A stretch of DNA of 64,000 nt, taken from an uncultured Candidatus Binatia bacterium (GTDB lineage Bacteria > Desulfobacterota > Binatia > Bin18). Each line of letters begins with the position of its first letter. The first letter of the stretch is position 1. The stretch covers positions 2,560,001 through 2,624,000 of the forward strand of contig OZ241744.1 of NCBI GenBank assembly GCA_965200965.1, in the 5' to 3' direction. Position numbers and translations under genes: made by a program. The notes under the pieces are model-generated. The model saw nothing but the letters and a program-made list of their open reading frames with translations, made no database searches and was not told where the DNA came from. Shown one piece after another: positions 34,565 through 44,648 of the stretch.

Positions 34565-37060
34565 GTGACGCTCCGGCCTGTCGCGCAAGCCCTGTCCCGG
34601 CCGCTCAGTTCCTATGTGTTGATTGGCCTGAGCTTGGCCTGTCTGCTGGGTCAGGCGGCCGCCGGCTGGGGCTGGTCGGTGTGGTGGGGAAGCGGACCGG
34701 GCCTGTGCCTCATCGGCCTGGCCTGGGTCTGGGCGGGACGCCGGCTGGCCGGCCTTACCGCCTGTTTCGTCCTGGGCTTTGCCCTTGGTCATCTTTCCCT
34801 GTCGCGGGTCCTTGAACCGGCCCTGCCGCCCGAGCATGTGGGCCGGCTCAGCCTGCCGCAAAAGACTAGAATTGAAGGCTGGCTGTATCGGGAGCCGGAG
34901 CGTCTGCCCCACCGGACCCGGTTATACCTCCAAGTGACGCGACACCAAGTGACGCGACACGACGATGGCGCGGCCGGCTGGCTGCCGGCCACCGGGCAGG
35001 TGCTGATACATGTCCGCTTCGCGTCCCGCGGCTGGCAGTACGGAGATGTTGTCCGCCTGCCGGCGCGACTCCGCAGCCCGCGCAACTTCCGCGCCCCGGG
35101 CAGCTTTGACTATGCCGGTTATCTGGCACGGCGTGACATCTATACCACCGCTTTTCTCTGGAATGATGAGAAGATCGAGAAAATCGACACGCGGCCCGAA
35201 ACCGTCTGCGGCTGGCTGGAGCAGGCCCGGCGGCGGATTGGGACCTTCTTCGATACACGCCTGAACAGCCACAGCGCGACAATCCTGCGAGCGCTCATCA
35301 TCGGGGAGACAAGCGGCATTGACAAGGACCTCCGAAAAACCTTTGCCAGGGCCGGCGTGGCCCATGTCCTGGCGATCTCTGGACTGCACATCGGTCTTGT
35401 TGCCGGGGCCGCCTATGGCGCGTGGTGGTGGCTGCTGGGCCGCAGCCGGCGCATTCTGCTGACCTTCACCATGCCAAAGCTGGCCGCCCTGCTGAGCGTG
35501 CCGGCGGTGCTCTTGTACACCGGTCTGGCCGGTGGACGGATGACAGTCTGTCGGGCGCTTAGCATGGTCCTGGTGTATCTGGCGGCGGTGCTGCTCGGGC
35601 GTTCGCAGGAAGTCTATCGCAGTCTGGCCCTGGCCGCGCTAATCGTCTCGCTAGTCTGGCCGGGAGCTGTCTTTGAGGTGTCGTTCCAGCTGTCGTTTGT
35701 CGCCGTGCTGGCCATTCTTGTCGGTCTGGACTCCTTCCGGGCATGGTGGGAAACGTTCAGCGACCGCCGGATGTTCCAGCTGCGCCCGCAGCGGGGCCGG
35801 GTATTCCGCTGGCTGGCCGCCTGTGGGCTGGTGTCTGGCTGTGCAACTCTCGCGGTTGCCCCAATTACTGCCGTACACTTCAACACTATTGCCATTGCCG
35901 GCCTTGTGACCAATGTTGTCGTTCTCCCGTTGGTCGGTGTGACGGTGGTCTCAGGGCTGGCCGCCGCGGTCCTCGTTGTGGTGCATGAAGGGCTGGCCGG
36001 CCCGCCTGTTTTCATAGCCGGCCTTGCCGTCCAAGTCGTAAGCTGGGTCGTCCACGCGGTCGGCACTTGGCCGTGGTCAGCCTTTGCCGTTGTCACCCCG
36101 AATCTTTTGGAGCTGGTCTTAGCCTATGGGATAGTGGCCTGCCTGTTTTTCGTCTTTCAGCCACCAACGCCCATCCGTTCGGCCCTGCTCCGCTCCGTAC
36201 TGCCCATTTTGTGCGTCGCGCTCCTGGCCGATTGCGCCTACTGGAGCTGGCAGCGTTTCTTTCGTCAGGACCTGCGGGTGACATTTCTTGATGTCGGGCA
36301 GGGCGATGCCGCGGTCGTTGAGTTTCCAGGCTCGCATGTCATGGTCATTGATGGCGGAGGATTTGCCAGCCCGACGTTTGACTCAGGCGAGGCGATTATC
36401 GCCCCGTTTTTATGGAGCCGCAAAATCGGGCGGGTCGATACCCTGGTGCTGAGCCACGCTCAGTTGGACCACTACGGCGGGCTGGCCTTCGTGGCCGAGC
36501 GCTTTGGGCCGCGTGAGTTCTGGTCGAGCGGACAGCCGGCCAAGAGCAAGCGGTTTGCGCGGCTGACGCGGGCGCTTGAGCAGGCTGGGATTGTCACCCG
36601 CAAAATGTGTCGAGACAGCCCGGATATGGTTATCTCTGGGGTACGGATTGCGGTGCTTCACCCGCCGTGTCAGAACACCGGCCTTAATACCAACAACGCC
36701 TCTGTGGTCCTGCGGCTCAGCCACGGAGAGGTGAACTTTCTGCTGACCGGCGATATTGAAGCCACAGGGGAGAAGGTCTTGCTTGAATCGGGCCAGACGC
36801 TCCACAGCGAGATTATCAAAGTCCCCCATCACGGCAGCCGCAGTTCGAGCAGCCCCGCCTTTGTCGCCGCCGTAGCGCCGCGGGCGGCTATCGCCTCCCT
36901 TGGCCTGCACAACCGTTTTGATTTTCCGGCCGACGAGGTCGCCCAACGCTACCACAAGCGGGGAGCGCGGCTGCTGCGGACAGACCGGGACGGGACGGTG
37001 CTTGTCATCAGCGATGGAAAGGGCTACCGGCTCGAAGCGCCGTTTTCCACACGCGACTGA
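34565..37060 (+). CDS. comEC: DNA uptake channel ComEC/Rec2
   Basis: AGVAHVLAISGLHIG, SFQLSF, FLDVGQGDA, KVPHHGS. Confidence 0.95.
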   Translation: MTLRPVAQALSRPLSSYVLIGLSLACLLGQAAAGWGWSVWWGSGPGLCLIGLAWVWAGRRLAGLTACFVLGFALGHLSLSRVLEPALPPEHVGRLSLPQKTRIEGWLYREPERLPHRTRLYLQVTRHQVTRHDDGAAGWLPATGQVLIHVRFASRGWQYGDVVRLPARLRSPRNFRAPGSFDYAGYLARRDIYTTAFLWNDEKIEKIDTRPETVCGWLEQARRRIGTFFDTRLNSHSATILRALIIGETSGIDKDLRKTFARAGVAHVLAISGLHIGLVAGAAYGAWWWLLGRSRRILLTFTMPKLAALLSVPAVLLYTGLAGGRMTVCRALSMVLVYLAAVLLGRSQEVYRSLALAALIVSLVWPGAVFEVSFQLSFVAVLAILVGLDSFRAWWETFSDRRMFQLRPQRGRVFRWLAACGLVSGCATLAVAPITAVHFNTIAIAGLVTNVVVLPLVGVTVVSGLAAAVLVVVHEGLAGPPVFIAGLAVQVVSWVVHAVGTWPWSAFAVVTPNLLELVLAYGIVACLFFVFQPPTPIRSALLRSVLPILCVALLADCAYWSWQRFFRQDLRVTFLDVGQGDAAVVEFPGSHVMVIDGGGFASPTFDSGEAIIAPFLWSRKIGRVDTLVLSHAQLDHYGGLAFVAERFGPREFWSSGQPAKSKRFARLTRALEQAGIVTRKMCRDSPDMVISGVRIAVLHPPCQNTGLNTNNASVVLRLSHGEVNFLLTGDIEATGEKVLLESGQTLHSEIIKVPHHGSRSSSSPAFVAAVAPRAAIASLGLHNRFDFPADEVAQRYHKRGARLLRTDRDGTVLVISDGKGYRLEAPFSTRD

Positions 37061-37085
37061 TCTGTGGTGGCGTCGCCCGACTCAA

Positions 37086-37128
37086 AAGGGAATCGTGATA
37101 GAAATTGAAGGGGCATCACGATTCCCTT
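37086..37128. repeat. Family B element, intergenic comEC-GST
   Basis: 14-bp perfect arms aagggaatcgtgat/atcacgattccctt. Confidence 0.85.
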
Positions 37129-37192
37129 GTTCCGGTGGACGCCCGGCGGCGGGTCGTGTAGATTCTGGTCTTTGACACGAAAGGCGGTGCTT

Positions 37193-38041
37193 ATGGCTGG
37201 CAGTTCGTCTGAGACAACAGCGTTTGATCTGCGGGTCTTTTCCTATCTGCCCAACCCCCGGATCTGGAAAGCGACCATTGCCGCCCGGCTGTGCGGTGTC
37301 CGGCTCGACCTCAGAGGGGGCAAACCCCAAGAGCTATCGAACTGGCTGTGGGACTTTGACGCCCAGCCGTTGACCGATGCGGAGCGGAAGGCGTCGCCGG
37401 CGACCGAACGACAGGGGCGGACTGGCTTTTCAGGCCGCCTGCACAAGACCGGGGCATTTCTGGACGCCCATCCGTTCGGTACCGTGCCGGCCGCCTTCAG
37501 CCCGGATGGGACGGTCGGCATCTTTGAATCCAACAGCATCATGCGGGCCGTGGCCCGGCTGGGTCAGGACGCCTGTCCCCTGTACGGCACAGATGCGTAT
37601 GCCGCGGCGCGTATCGACAGCTTTCTTGACGCCAGCCTGGTTTTTGCCCGGGATATGCAGCTGTATCTGCTGGCCCTTGCCGACGGCTCGCTCACGGCCG
37701 AGCTCCAGACCCGCATGAAGGACGCCTTTGGGGTCTATCTGGGCGGCATTGAGCGGGCCTTGGTGCCGAACCGGCATTTCCTGGTCGGCGATGCCATCAC
37801 GCTGGCCGATATCTGTTTTGTGGCCGAACTGACGCTCTTCTCAAACGAGAAGGCACAGGCGAGCCGCCTGGCCGCACAGGGTCTGGAGTGCGTTTTTCAC
37901 GACACAGTCGCGGCGCAATTTCCAAGAGCTTTTGCCCACTATGCCAAGCTGTGTCAGCATCCGGCGTTTCGGCCTGATGTGGCACCCTATGTAGAGAAGC
38001 TCGACCGCGCCATTGCCAGGGACAGACACACTGGACGCTGA
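37193..38041 (+). CDS. Glutathione S-transferase family protein
   Basis: HPFGTVPA..IFESNSIMR, FLVGDAITLADI. Confidence 0.85.
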   Translation: MAGSSSETTAFDLRVFSYLPNPRIWKATIAARLCGVRLDLRGGKPQELSNWLWDFDAQPLTDAERKASPATERQGRTGFSGRLHKTGAFLDAHPFGTVPAAFSPDGTVGIFESNSIMRAVARLGQDACPLYGTDAYAAARIDSFLDASLVFARDMQLYLLALADGSLTAELQTRMKDAFGVYLGGIERALVPNRHFLVGDAITLADICFVAELTLFSNEKAQASRLAAQGLECVFHDTVAAQFPRAFAHYAKLCQHPAFRPDVAPYVEKLDRAIARDRHTGR

Positions 38042-38204
38042 TAGCCTCCTGCTCAGCAGCACGTCATCGTCCACGCCCCGCATTGCTCTCACAACCCGCC
38101 ATAATTGATTGCCCGGTGTCCCTCTGGCACAATGGCTTACCCGGTACGGAGGGATGACTGTCCGGTTGTTCCTCCTTTTCCGTATGGAGCGGAAGGGAGA
38201 CAGG

Positions 38205-39977
38205 GTGGAATCGTTAGGCGACTGGCAGCGGAGTTGCGCGTGTGGAGCCCCTCGGAGCAGTCAGGTGGGGCAAGAGATGGTCCTGATGGGCTGGGTTCAC
38301 TCCCAGCGTGACCACGGTGGCGTCACGTTTATTGACCTGCGTGACCGTTCGGGCTTGGTCCAGATTGTGTGCAATCCCCAGGTCAGCCCCGCGGCCCACA
38401 ACCGGGCCAAAGCCCTGCGGGCCGAGTTTGTGGTGGCCGCCCGGGGCCGGCTGGAGCGGCGTTCGGCGGACACCATCAACTCCAATCTGCCGACCGGCGA
38501 GCTTGAGCTCATCGTTGATGAGCTGCGGATTCTGAACCCCTCCCGGACACCGCCCTTTCCGATTGAGGACGACACCGAGCCGACCGAAAACACCCGTCTG
38601 CGCTACCGCTATCTGGACTTGCGACGGCCCAGGATGTTTGAGAATCTGCGCCTGCGCCACCGCCTGGCCAAAATTGTCCGGGATTATCTGGACGGCGAAG
38701 GCTTCCTGGAGATCGAAACGCCGGTCCTGACCCGCAGCACGCCCGAAGGCGCACGCGACTATCTGGTGCCGAGTCGCGTCAATCCGGGGGCGTTTTTTGC
38801 CCTGCCCCAGTCTCCCCAGCTGTTCAAACAACTGTTGATGGTCAGCAGCGTGGACAAGTATTTTCAGATTGTGCGCTGCTTTCGGGATGAAGACCTGCGG
38901 GCTGACCGCCAGCCGGAGTTTACCCAGATTGATGTGGAGATGTCGTTTGTCCGGCCCGATGACATTTTTGGCCTGATCGAGGGCCTGATGGTCCGGCTGT
39001 GCCACGAAGTGAAGGGTTTTGCGCCCCCTGTCCCCTTCCCGCGCCTGCCGTATGCCGAGGCCATAGCCCGCTACGGCACCGATAAACCGGATATTCGCTT
39101 TGGTCTGGAGTTGCGGGAGCTGACCGACCTGTTCGCAGGCACCGACATCAAGGTTTTCCGCGATGTGATTGCTGGCGGCGGGGTTGTGCGTGGTCTCGTC
39201 GTGCCCAAGGCCGGTATGTCGCGCAAAGAGATTGACGACCTGACCCCGCTGGCAGTCAGTTTTGGAGCAAAGGGCCTGGCCTGGTTTCGGATGACCGCTG
39301 CCGGCTGGCAGTCTCCCCTGGCCAAGTTTGTCAGCGACCGGGACAAAGGGGCGATTGAAGCGGCCCTCGGTCTGCAAGAGGGAGACCTGGTGGTGATGGT
39401 GGCCGATACTGAGCCGGTGGCAGGCGATGTCATGTCCCGGCTGCGGTTGCATCTCGGGGCGGCCCTGGGCCTCATCCCTGAGCAGGACTTCAACTTCCTG
39501 TGGGTGACGGATTTTCCGCTGCTTGAGTATGACGCCGAGGCCGAGCGGTATACCGCCATGCACCATCCGTTCACATCTCCGCATGACGCTGACATCCCCC
39601 TGTTGGAGAGTGCGCCCGGAAAAGTCCGCGCCTTTGCCTACGACCTCGTTCTCAACGGCGTGGAGCTGGGCGGGGGCAGTATCAGAATCCACCGCCAGGA
39701 CATCCAGCAGAAGGTCTTTGCCCTGCTCGGCATCAATGCAGTCGAGGCCCGGCAGAAATTCGGTTTTCTGCTGGAGGCGCTGTCATATGGTGCCCCCCCC
39801 CACGGGGGCATTGCGCTGGGCTTTGACCGCCTGGCCATGCTGTTTGCCGGGGCAGACTCGCTGCGTGAGGTGATTGCCTTCCCCAAGACCGCCAAGGCCG
39901 TGTGTCTGATGACCAACGCCCCCGGCGGAGTGGATGCCAAGCAGCTCCGCGAACTGCGCATCAAAGGAGACGGCTGA
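38205..39977 (+). CDS. aspS: Aspartate--tRNA ligase
   Basis: RDHGGVTFIDLRD, ALPQSPQLFKQ, FRDEDLRADRQPEF, PPHGGIALGFDR. Confidence 0.98.
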   Translation: MESLGDWQRSCACGAPRSSQVGQEMVLMGWVHSQRDHGGVTFIDLRDRSGLVQIVCNPQVSPAAHNRAKALRAEFVVAARGRLERRSADTINSNLPTGELELIVDELRILNPSRTPPFPIEDDTEPTENTRLRYRYLDLRRPRMFENLRLRHRLAKIVRDYLDGEGFLEIETPVLTRSTPEGARDYLVPSRVNPGAFFALPQSPQLFKQLLMVSSVDKYFQIVRCFRDEDLRADRQPEFTQIDVEMSFVRPDDIFGLIEGLMVRLCHEVKGFAPPVPFPRLPYAEAIARYGTDKPDIRFGLELRELTDLFAGTDIKVFRDVIAGGGVVRGLVVPKAGMSRKEIDDLTPLAVSFGAKGLAWFRMTAAGWQSPLAKFVSDRDKGAIEAALGLQEGDLVVMVADTEPVAGDVMSRLRLHLGAALGLIPEQDFNFLWVTDFPLLEYDAEAERYTAMHHPFTSPHDADIPLLESAPGKVRAFAYDLVLNGVELGGGSIRIHRQDIQQKVFALLGINAVEARQKFGFLLEALSYGAPPHGGIALGFDRLAMLFAGADSLREVIAFPKTAKAVCLMTNAPGGVDAKQLRELRIKGDG

Positions 39978-40005
39978 CCGCGCGAACCGAGTCGGGAGCG
40001 AACCG

Positions 40006-41448
40006 ATGGGGACGCTCACCCTGAACGATACCATCGTGCTGACTCCGCAGCCTCGTTCACTGTGCCTGTCCGTCCTGCTGTGCGTGTCCCTGACGCTCGT
40101 CTGTCCCGTGTGGGCCGAGACCGGCCCGCCAGCCCCCTGCGCTGGGCTGTCAACCGAGCGCTTTACCCTCAGACCAGACGACCCGCGCTGGCCGGCCTTT
40201 CTGGCCTGGGCCAAAGACCAGGGCCTGTTCACCTCCAGGCTGCTCGCCTGGACCGCTTCGGGCCTCAGCGTCCGCTGGGCCACGGACACCCAATGGGAAA
40301 CACAGGTGACACTGCCGGTGGGCCACGCCCTGGCCCATCTGATCGCCGAACGGCGGTGGCAGGATGGGGATTTCTCAGGGTTTTTTGCCTCGCGGGGCGG
40401 CGTGTACGCGGTGAATCTGGCCGAGCGTCTGGCCCTTGAGGCTGACCCACCCGCGGCTTGGCGGGTGTTTTTCGCCACCCTGCCGGCCAACGCGCCCCTG
40501 TCCGCTCATCTGTCCGCCATTGCCCCAGACGGCCAGTCTGCCGAGGTGAGGTTTGGCTCAGACCGCGCCGCGGTGAACGACGCTGACACTCAGCAAGAGA
40601 CCGCCGTTATCACCTACTCGGCCCAGCGGCTGCTGCTTGACTTGCGCAGCTTTTTGACCGACTGTCGCGTCTCGGCCTTCTTTCAAGCCGCCGACCAGAG
40701 CGCAGAGCAGGTGAGAGGCGAGCCTGGGCCGGTGCCCTCGTCGGATTCCGCCCTCCGGGCTCCAGCGTCCCAAGAGCGGGGCCGGGCGATCTACGAACAG
40801 CAGTGCGCCGGTTGTCATGGGATCGGGGGCGACGGTCAGGGGGTCTTTGCCGCCCGTCTGAGTCCCCGCCCGCGTGATTTCACCCGGGGCCTTTTTCGCT
40901 ACCGTTCCACCCCGACCGGTCAACTCCCCACCGATGCAGACCTGTCCCAGTCGGTGACACACGGCTTGGCCGGCAGCGGAATGCCGGCCTTCGGGGCGTT
41001 TCTCAGCCCTGCGGACATCCGCGATGTGGTAGCCTACCTGAAGCGTTTTTCCCCCCGCTTTACGCGCGAGGCTCCCCCACAGCCCCTTCCCATCTCAGAC
41101 CCGCCGGCGGTGTCTGCCGAGCGTCTGGCACGCGGAGCGCGGCTCTACCGGGACTCGGGCTGCCCAAGCTGCCACGGCCCGGGCGGACGGGGCGACGGCC
41201 GCTCTGGACACGACCTGAAAACCTCCGAAGGTGAGCCGATCGCCCCCCGGGACCTGAGGGATAAATGGCGCTTCCGCGGCGGCTTCAGCCCCCAGGCTGT
41301 CTATCTGCGTCTGGCCGCCGGCATGGATGGTTCGTCAATGGCCTCGTACAGCGACGCCCTGACCGAAGACCAGATGTGGAATCTGGCCTTGTATGTGCTG
41401 GCCCTGTCCCCCCAGGAGAGGCCGCCGGCCGCGGTTCCGACACCATAG
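40006..41448 (+). CDS. Exported di-haem cytochrome c with uncharacterised N-terminal domain
   Basis: CAGCH and CPSCH; PRPRDFT, GSGMPAF. Confidence 0.85.
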   Translation: MGTLTLNDTIVLTPQPRSLCLSVLLCVSLTLVCPVWAETGPPAPCAGLSTERFTLRPDDPRWPAFLAWAKDQGLFTSRLLAWTASGLSVRWATDTQWETQVTLPVGHALAHLIAERRWQDGDFSGFFASRGGVYAVNLAERLALEADPPAAWRVFFATLPANAPLSAHLSAIAPDGQSAEVRFGSDRAAVNDADTQQETAVITYSAQRLLLDLRSFLTDCRVSAFFQAADQSAEQVRGEPGPVPSSDSALRAPASQERGRAIYEQQCAGCHGIGGDGQGVFAARLSPRPRDFTRGLFRYRSTPTGQLPTDADLSQSVTHGLAGSGMPAFGAFLSPADIRDVVAYLKRFSPRFTREAPPQPLPISDPPAVSAERLARGARLYRDSGCPSCHGPGGRGDGRSGHDLKTSEGEPIAPRDLRDKWRFRGGFSPQAVYLRLAAGMDGSSMASYSDALTEDQMWNLALYVLALSPQERPPAAVPTP

Positions 41449-41463
41449 CCCCCTTGGTCACTG

Positions 41464-41508
41464 CTATCCCCCTCCCCCCTTGAGGGGGAAGGTCAGGGTC
41501 GGGGGTAG
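41464..41508. repeat. REP-like GC hairpin (CCCCCTCCCCCCTTGAGGGGGAAGGTCAGGGTCGGGGG)
   Basis: Nested hairpin downstream of cytochrome c stop; resembles the widespread CCCTCYCCC..GGGRGAGGG repeats. Confidence 0.55.
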
Positions 41509-41644
41509 CCGCCGGACCGGGGGCAGCGGCTTCAACATCGGTGCAGACACTCATGTGTTGTCGAGCTTGTTAAGGTCGGCAAGCCCACGTTTCGCCTTAG
41601 CTGCGGTGTCTTCGTCACCAGCCTCTCAGGCCAAGGCAAGCGCC

Positions 41645-42253
41645 TTAGCCAAAGGACATCTCCCTTTCCCACTCGATTAGGCTGATCGGTACTTCCCACC
41701 AAACTTGCCAGCTGAGCCTCTCCACAATTCGCATGTGGATGCTGCGCTGATTGATTTGGCGATAGGTGACAGCGCCCTTTGGCGAAACGGACTTCAGCCA
41801 ATTTTCAGGAACGACACGGAGCATCTCGATGGGGAGGTAGCCCACTTTGTAGATGTGCCTCCTCCCCATTTCACCATCGACGCGCTGATACGCGAGCAAA
41901 ATGATGTCCGCGGCGTCGGGCCTGTTCAAGTAGGCTGACATCTCATCCACATCTCCCGAAAATCGGCCCAGCCTGTGACCGGACAGGGAGATTTTGCCTC
42001 TTGGCCTCTCCCTGCCGGATTTCACCTGCAAAGGGATTACATGGCCGTTGTCGCGGATGATGATGTCAGCTTCATCGTCATGGCCTCCTTCCTGCCAATG
42101 CGCCCTGCTGGGCGCTTGTGGATCGGCGTTGATTGATCGGAATAAAAGCTCCTCGGTTTGGATGCCTTCGCATCGGCATCCGCTGAACAGTTGATGGAAA
42201 TCCCCAAGGAGCTTCTCAAACTCCTGCAAAGAGCGGCGGCTCAGCTTCCACAT
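41645..42253 (-). CDS. Putative type II restriction endonuclease (PD-(D/E)xK-like)
   Basis: Overlaps MTase 3' end; EADIII..LQVKSG motif. Confidence 0.5.
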   Translation of the reverse strand: MWKLSRRSLQEFEKLLGDFHQLFSGCRCEGIQTEELLFRSINADPQAPSRAHWQEGGHDDEADIIIRDNGHVIPLQVKSGRERPRGKISLSGHRLGRFSGDVDEMSAYLNRPDAADIILLAYQRVDGEMGRRHIYKVGYLPIEMLRVVPENWLKSVSPKGAVTYRQINQRSIHMRIVERLSWQVWWEVPISLIEWEREMSFG

Positions 42254-43136
42254 TCCATTCCCCTCGTTTCGTCTTGCGCAGCCATGCCTGGGCGAAATCC
42301 ACATAGTGGGGATTGATTTCAACCCCAACGAACGGGATGGCCATGAGCTTTGCTACCACGCATTCCGATCCAGAACCGGAGAATGGAACCAAAAGCCGCC
42401 CGCTGCTGCCGTTGATGCGGGACATCAGCAGCCTTTTGGTAAGGCGCATTGGCTTCTGGGTTGCGTGCTTCCATGTCTCGTGGTCTTGGTGCTGCCTGCT
42501 TTCCTTCGGAGGGAAGGCATCCCCGCAATCCTCGCACCAAAACCATCTCTCCTTGTTCCCCGCGCCGCCGGCCAAGGCGGGAAACTTGAGGATGTCCCTT
42601 GGCAGTGCGCCGTTCCGATGGAGCCTGTAGGTCGTCTCTTTGCCACCGCCAAAGCGGGATTTGGTGCCTGCCCGCTTCTTGCCGTCCGCCTTGAGGACTC
42701 CAGGCGTGTAGGGCTCTCTGAGTTGATCGATCTCCAAGTCCGGCTTCTTGCGCCCATTGCGCCACAGGCACAGGATCGATTCATGGCTGCGCTGCCAAAA
42801 CTTGGAGGCTGCTACGGTCTTGTTCGTGTAGTGCCATGCCAGCCAGCGCTGCCGCTCCAACGGGAACCGGACGGCGATGTGGGCCAGTATCTCCGGGAAG
42901 CCGTAGACATAGGCGATGCCGTTGGGAGTTAAGAGCTCAATGGCCCTGCTCAGCCAGGTCATCGTCCACTCGACGTACTCCGACAGTGGCATGCTGTCCC
43001 TGGTCTCCCCAAAGTCCTTGCCGATGTTGTAAGGCGGATCGGCAATCACCACATCAAACGGCTGGTCAAGTGGCAAGGCGTTCAGCCAATGCACCACGTC
43101 GCCTTGCAGAATTCTCGACCCCTGACTTACCCTCAT
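42216..43136 (-). CDS. N4/N6 DNA methyltransferase (beta class)
   Basis: ADPPYN first, HATQKP, PFSGSGS motif I near C-terminus. Confidence 0.92.
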   Translation of the reverse strand: MRVSQGSRILQGDVVHWLNALPLDQPFDVVIADPPYNIGKDFGETRDSMPLSEYVEWTMTWLSRAIELLTPNGIAYVYGFPEILAHIAVRFPLERQRWLAWHYTNKTVAASKFWQRSHESILCLWRNGRKKPDLEIDQLREPYTPGVLKADGKKRAGTKSRFGGGKETTYRLHRNGALPRDILKFPALAGGAGNKERWFWCEDCGDAFPPKESRQHQDHETWKHATQKPMRLTKRLLMSRINGSSGRLLVPFSGSGSECVVAKLMAIPFVGVEINPHYVDFAQAWLRKTKRGEWNVEAEPPLFAGV

Positions 43137-43174
43137 GAGGGGAGACTAACAGAGGAGGGGGCTGGGGTGCTAGG

Positions 43175-43223
43175 AGGACGAAGTGTGTCACCAGATCGCC
43201 AGGAAGGCGGCACGTTTCGTCCT
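43175..43223. repeat. Family C palindromic element between hsdS and MTase
   Basis: gtgtcaccagatcgccaggaaggcggcacg matches core of 45279 copy. Confidence 0.75.
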
Positions 43224-43292
43224 TGGTCTTGGCCTGAACAGAACTGGCAAGAGGTCTGAACCGGGATTCATCTGATTATGAGATTCCCGTGA

Positions 43293-44648
43293 TTACCTGC
43301 CCTGTCCCTGCTCCCCTTTTTCTTGAAGATCAGAGGTCTGTGCTGCTGCGTCACGGACGCGGATTTGGCCCGAGAGGAGCTTGGGCAGCAGGGTATCCCG
43401 GAGGGCGGCGAGGACAGCAGATTCTTGCATATTGACGACAGTCCGCCGATACAGAGGACGGACGGCGGTATCGAAAGCCAGCAGCAGGGGCCGAGGAGGA
43501 ATGAGTACCGGCAGAGGACGAAAGGTCTGTTTGCTAATCTCCGCAAAGGTCGAGCCGCCCGCAATGGCCTTGATGGCCTCCAGATGTTCAGCGCACCAGT
43601 GCAGGACATACCAATGGGAAAGCCGACCGGGACAAATCAGGGCGATGAAGCCTTGGTTGATCGCTGTGGGCACTTCGGTCATCGCCAAGTAGCCAATCGG
43701 AGCCCGAGAGGACAGCAGGACGGTTCCGACAGGGAGCAGCCCCGAGCTGATTTTTTCAAGCCCGGCGTCACTGATTTTGCGGGCGGTGTTCAGCAGGACG
43801 GGTGAGGTCAGCTTGGCGAGGTCCTTGGGTGTGGCCCAGTAATGGCGGGCGTCGTGCCAATAGGCGGGTTCTTTGGTACTTGGGGTTCCTCCCCCGACCG
43901 CCTGAGTCTCTTGACCGATTGTGGACAACTCCCACCCGGCGGGAATCGGCCCCAATGCCGAGTCTACAAAGCGATCGGGGAATAAGGCCGCTAGGGCCGG
44001 CTCCAGCCGGTCCAGATAGGCCCGGGCCACCAGCCATGCACTTCCCCCTGGAGACGCGCGTTGTGTGAGAGCGGCTTTGGCACGCACGGGGTCGAAATGG
44101 ACAAACCACGAGGTGAACAGGGCCCGGGCTATGTCGTCGAGGGTGGCGTTCATGCGCCGGTTCACCTCGATCTTGGCGTCAAGCGTACCGAGGATGTGGG
44201 CGATGGTGCGCTGCTCAGCCAGCGGCGGAACGCGGACCGGAAGGCTATAGAACGCTTCGCGGGTAGTCGAGGGGATCGCCGAGCCGCTGTCGAGGCCATT
44301 GATGTCATGGCTCAGCAATTCGTAGTAGGCCCAGCGAACATCAAATTGTACTCTTTGCTTCAGATAGAAAGCGGTGTCGATGACAAAGAACGGACCTGGG
44401 GTGTACTGAACGCCCAATGTCCCCTTACGTCCAACGATAACGCTGGGCCCAGCGTCCAGCATGTCAGTGTGCCACCCGATTGGGCCATTCGTCCCAAAAA
44501 CTGGATACTGCCCTTCTGCTGACCGATAACCGCGGAGTGCTTTGCCGTACTCAAGCGTTGCCAACTCGCCCCAGATACAGGAATGCCACGACCGGCCCGC
44601 CGTCTGATCTGTGCCTGTCACCACACGCTGCCGCGGCTCGCTCCGCAT
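43293..44648 (-). CDS. hsdS: Type I R-M specificity subunit (orphan)
   Basis: Two TRDs; PPLAEQRTIAHILGTLDAKIE, SSRAPIGY, LRDTLLPKLLSG. Confidence 0.92.
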   Translation of the reverse strand: MRSEPRQRVVTGTDQTAGRSWHSCIWGELATLEYGKALRGYRSAEGQYPVFGTNGPIGWHTDMLDAGPSVIVGRKGTLGVQYTPGPFFVIDTAFYLKQRVQFDVRWAYYELLSHDINGLDSGSAIPSTTREAFYSLPVRVPPLAEQRTIAHILGTLDAKIEVNRRMNATLDDIARALFTSWFVHFDPVRAKAALTQRASPGGSAWLVARAYLDRLEPALAALFPDRFVDSALGPIPAGWELSTIGQETQAVGGGTPSTKEPAYWHDARHYWATPKDLAKLTSPVLLNTARKISDAGLEKISSGLLPVGTVLLSSRAPIGYLAMTEVPTAINQGFIALICPGRLSHWYVLHWCAEHLEAIKAIAGGSTFAEISKQTFRPLPVLIPPRPLLLAFDTAVRPLYRRTVVNMQESAVLAALRDTLLPKLLSGQIRVRDAAAQTSDLQEKGEQGQGR

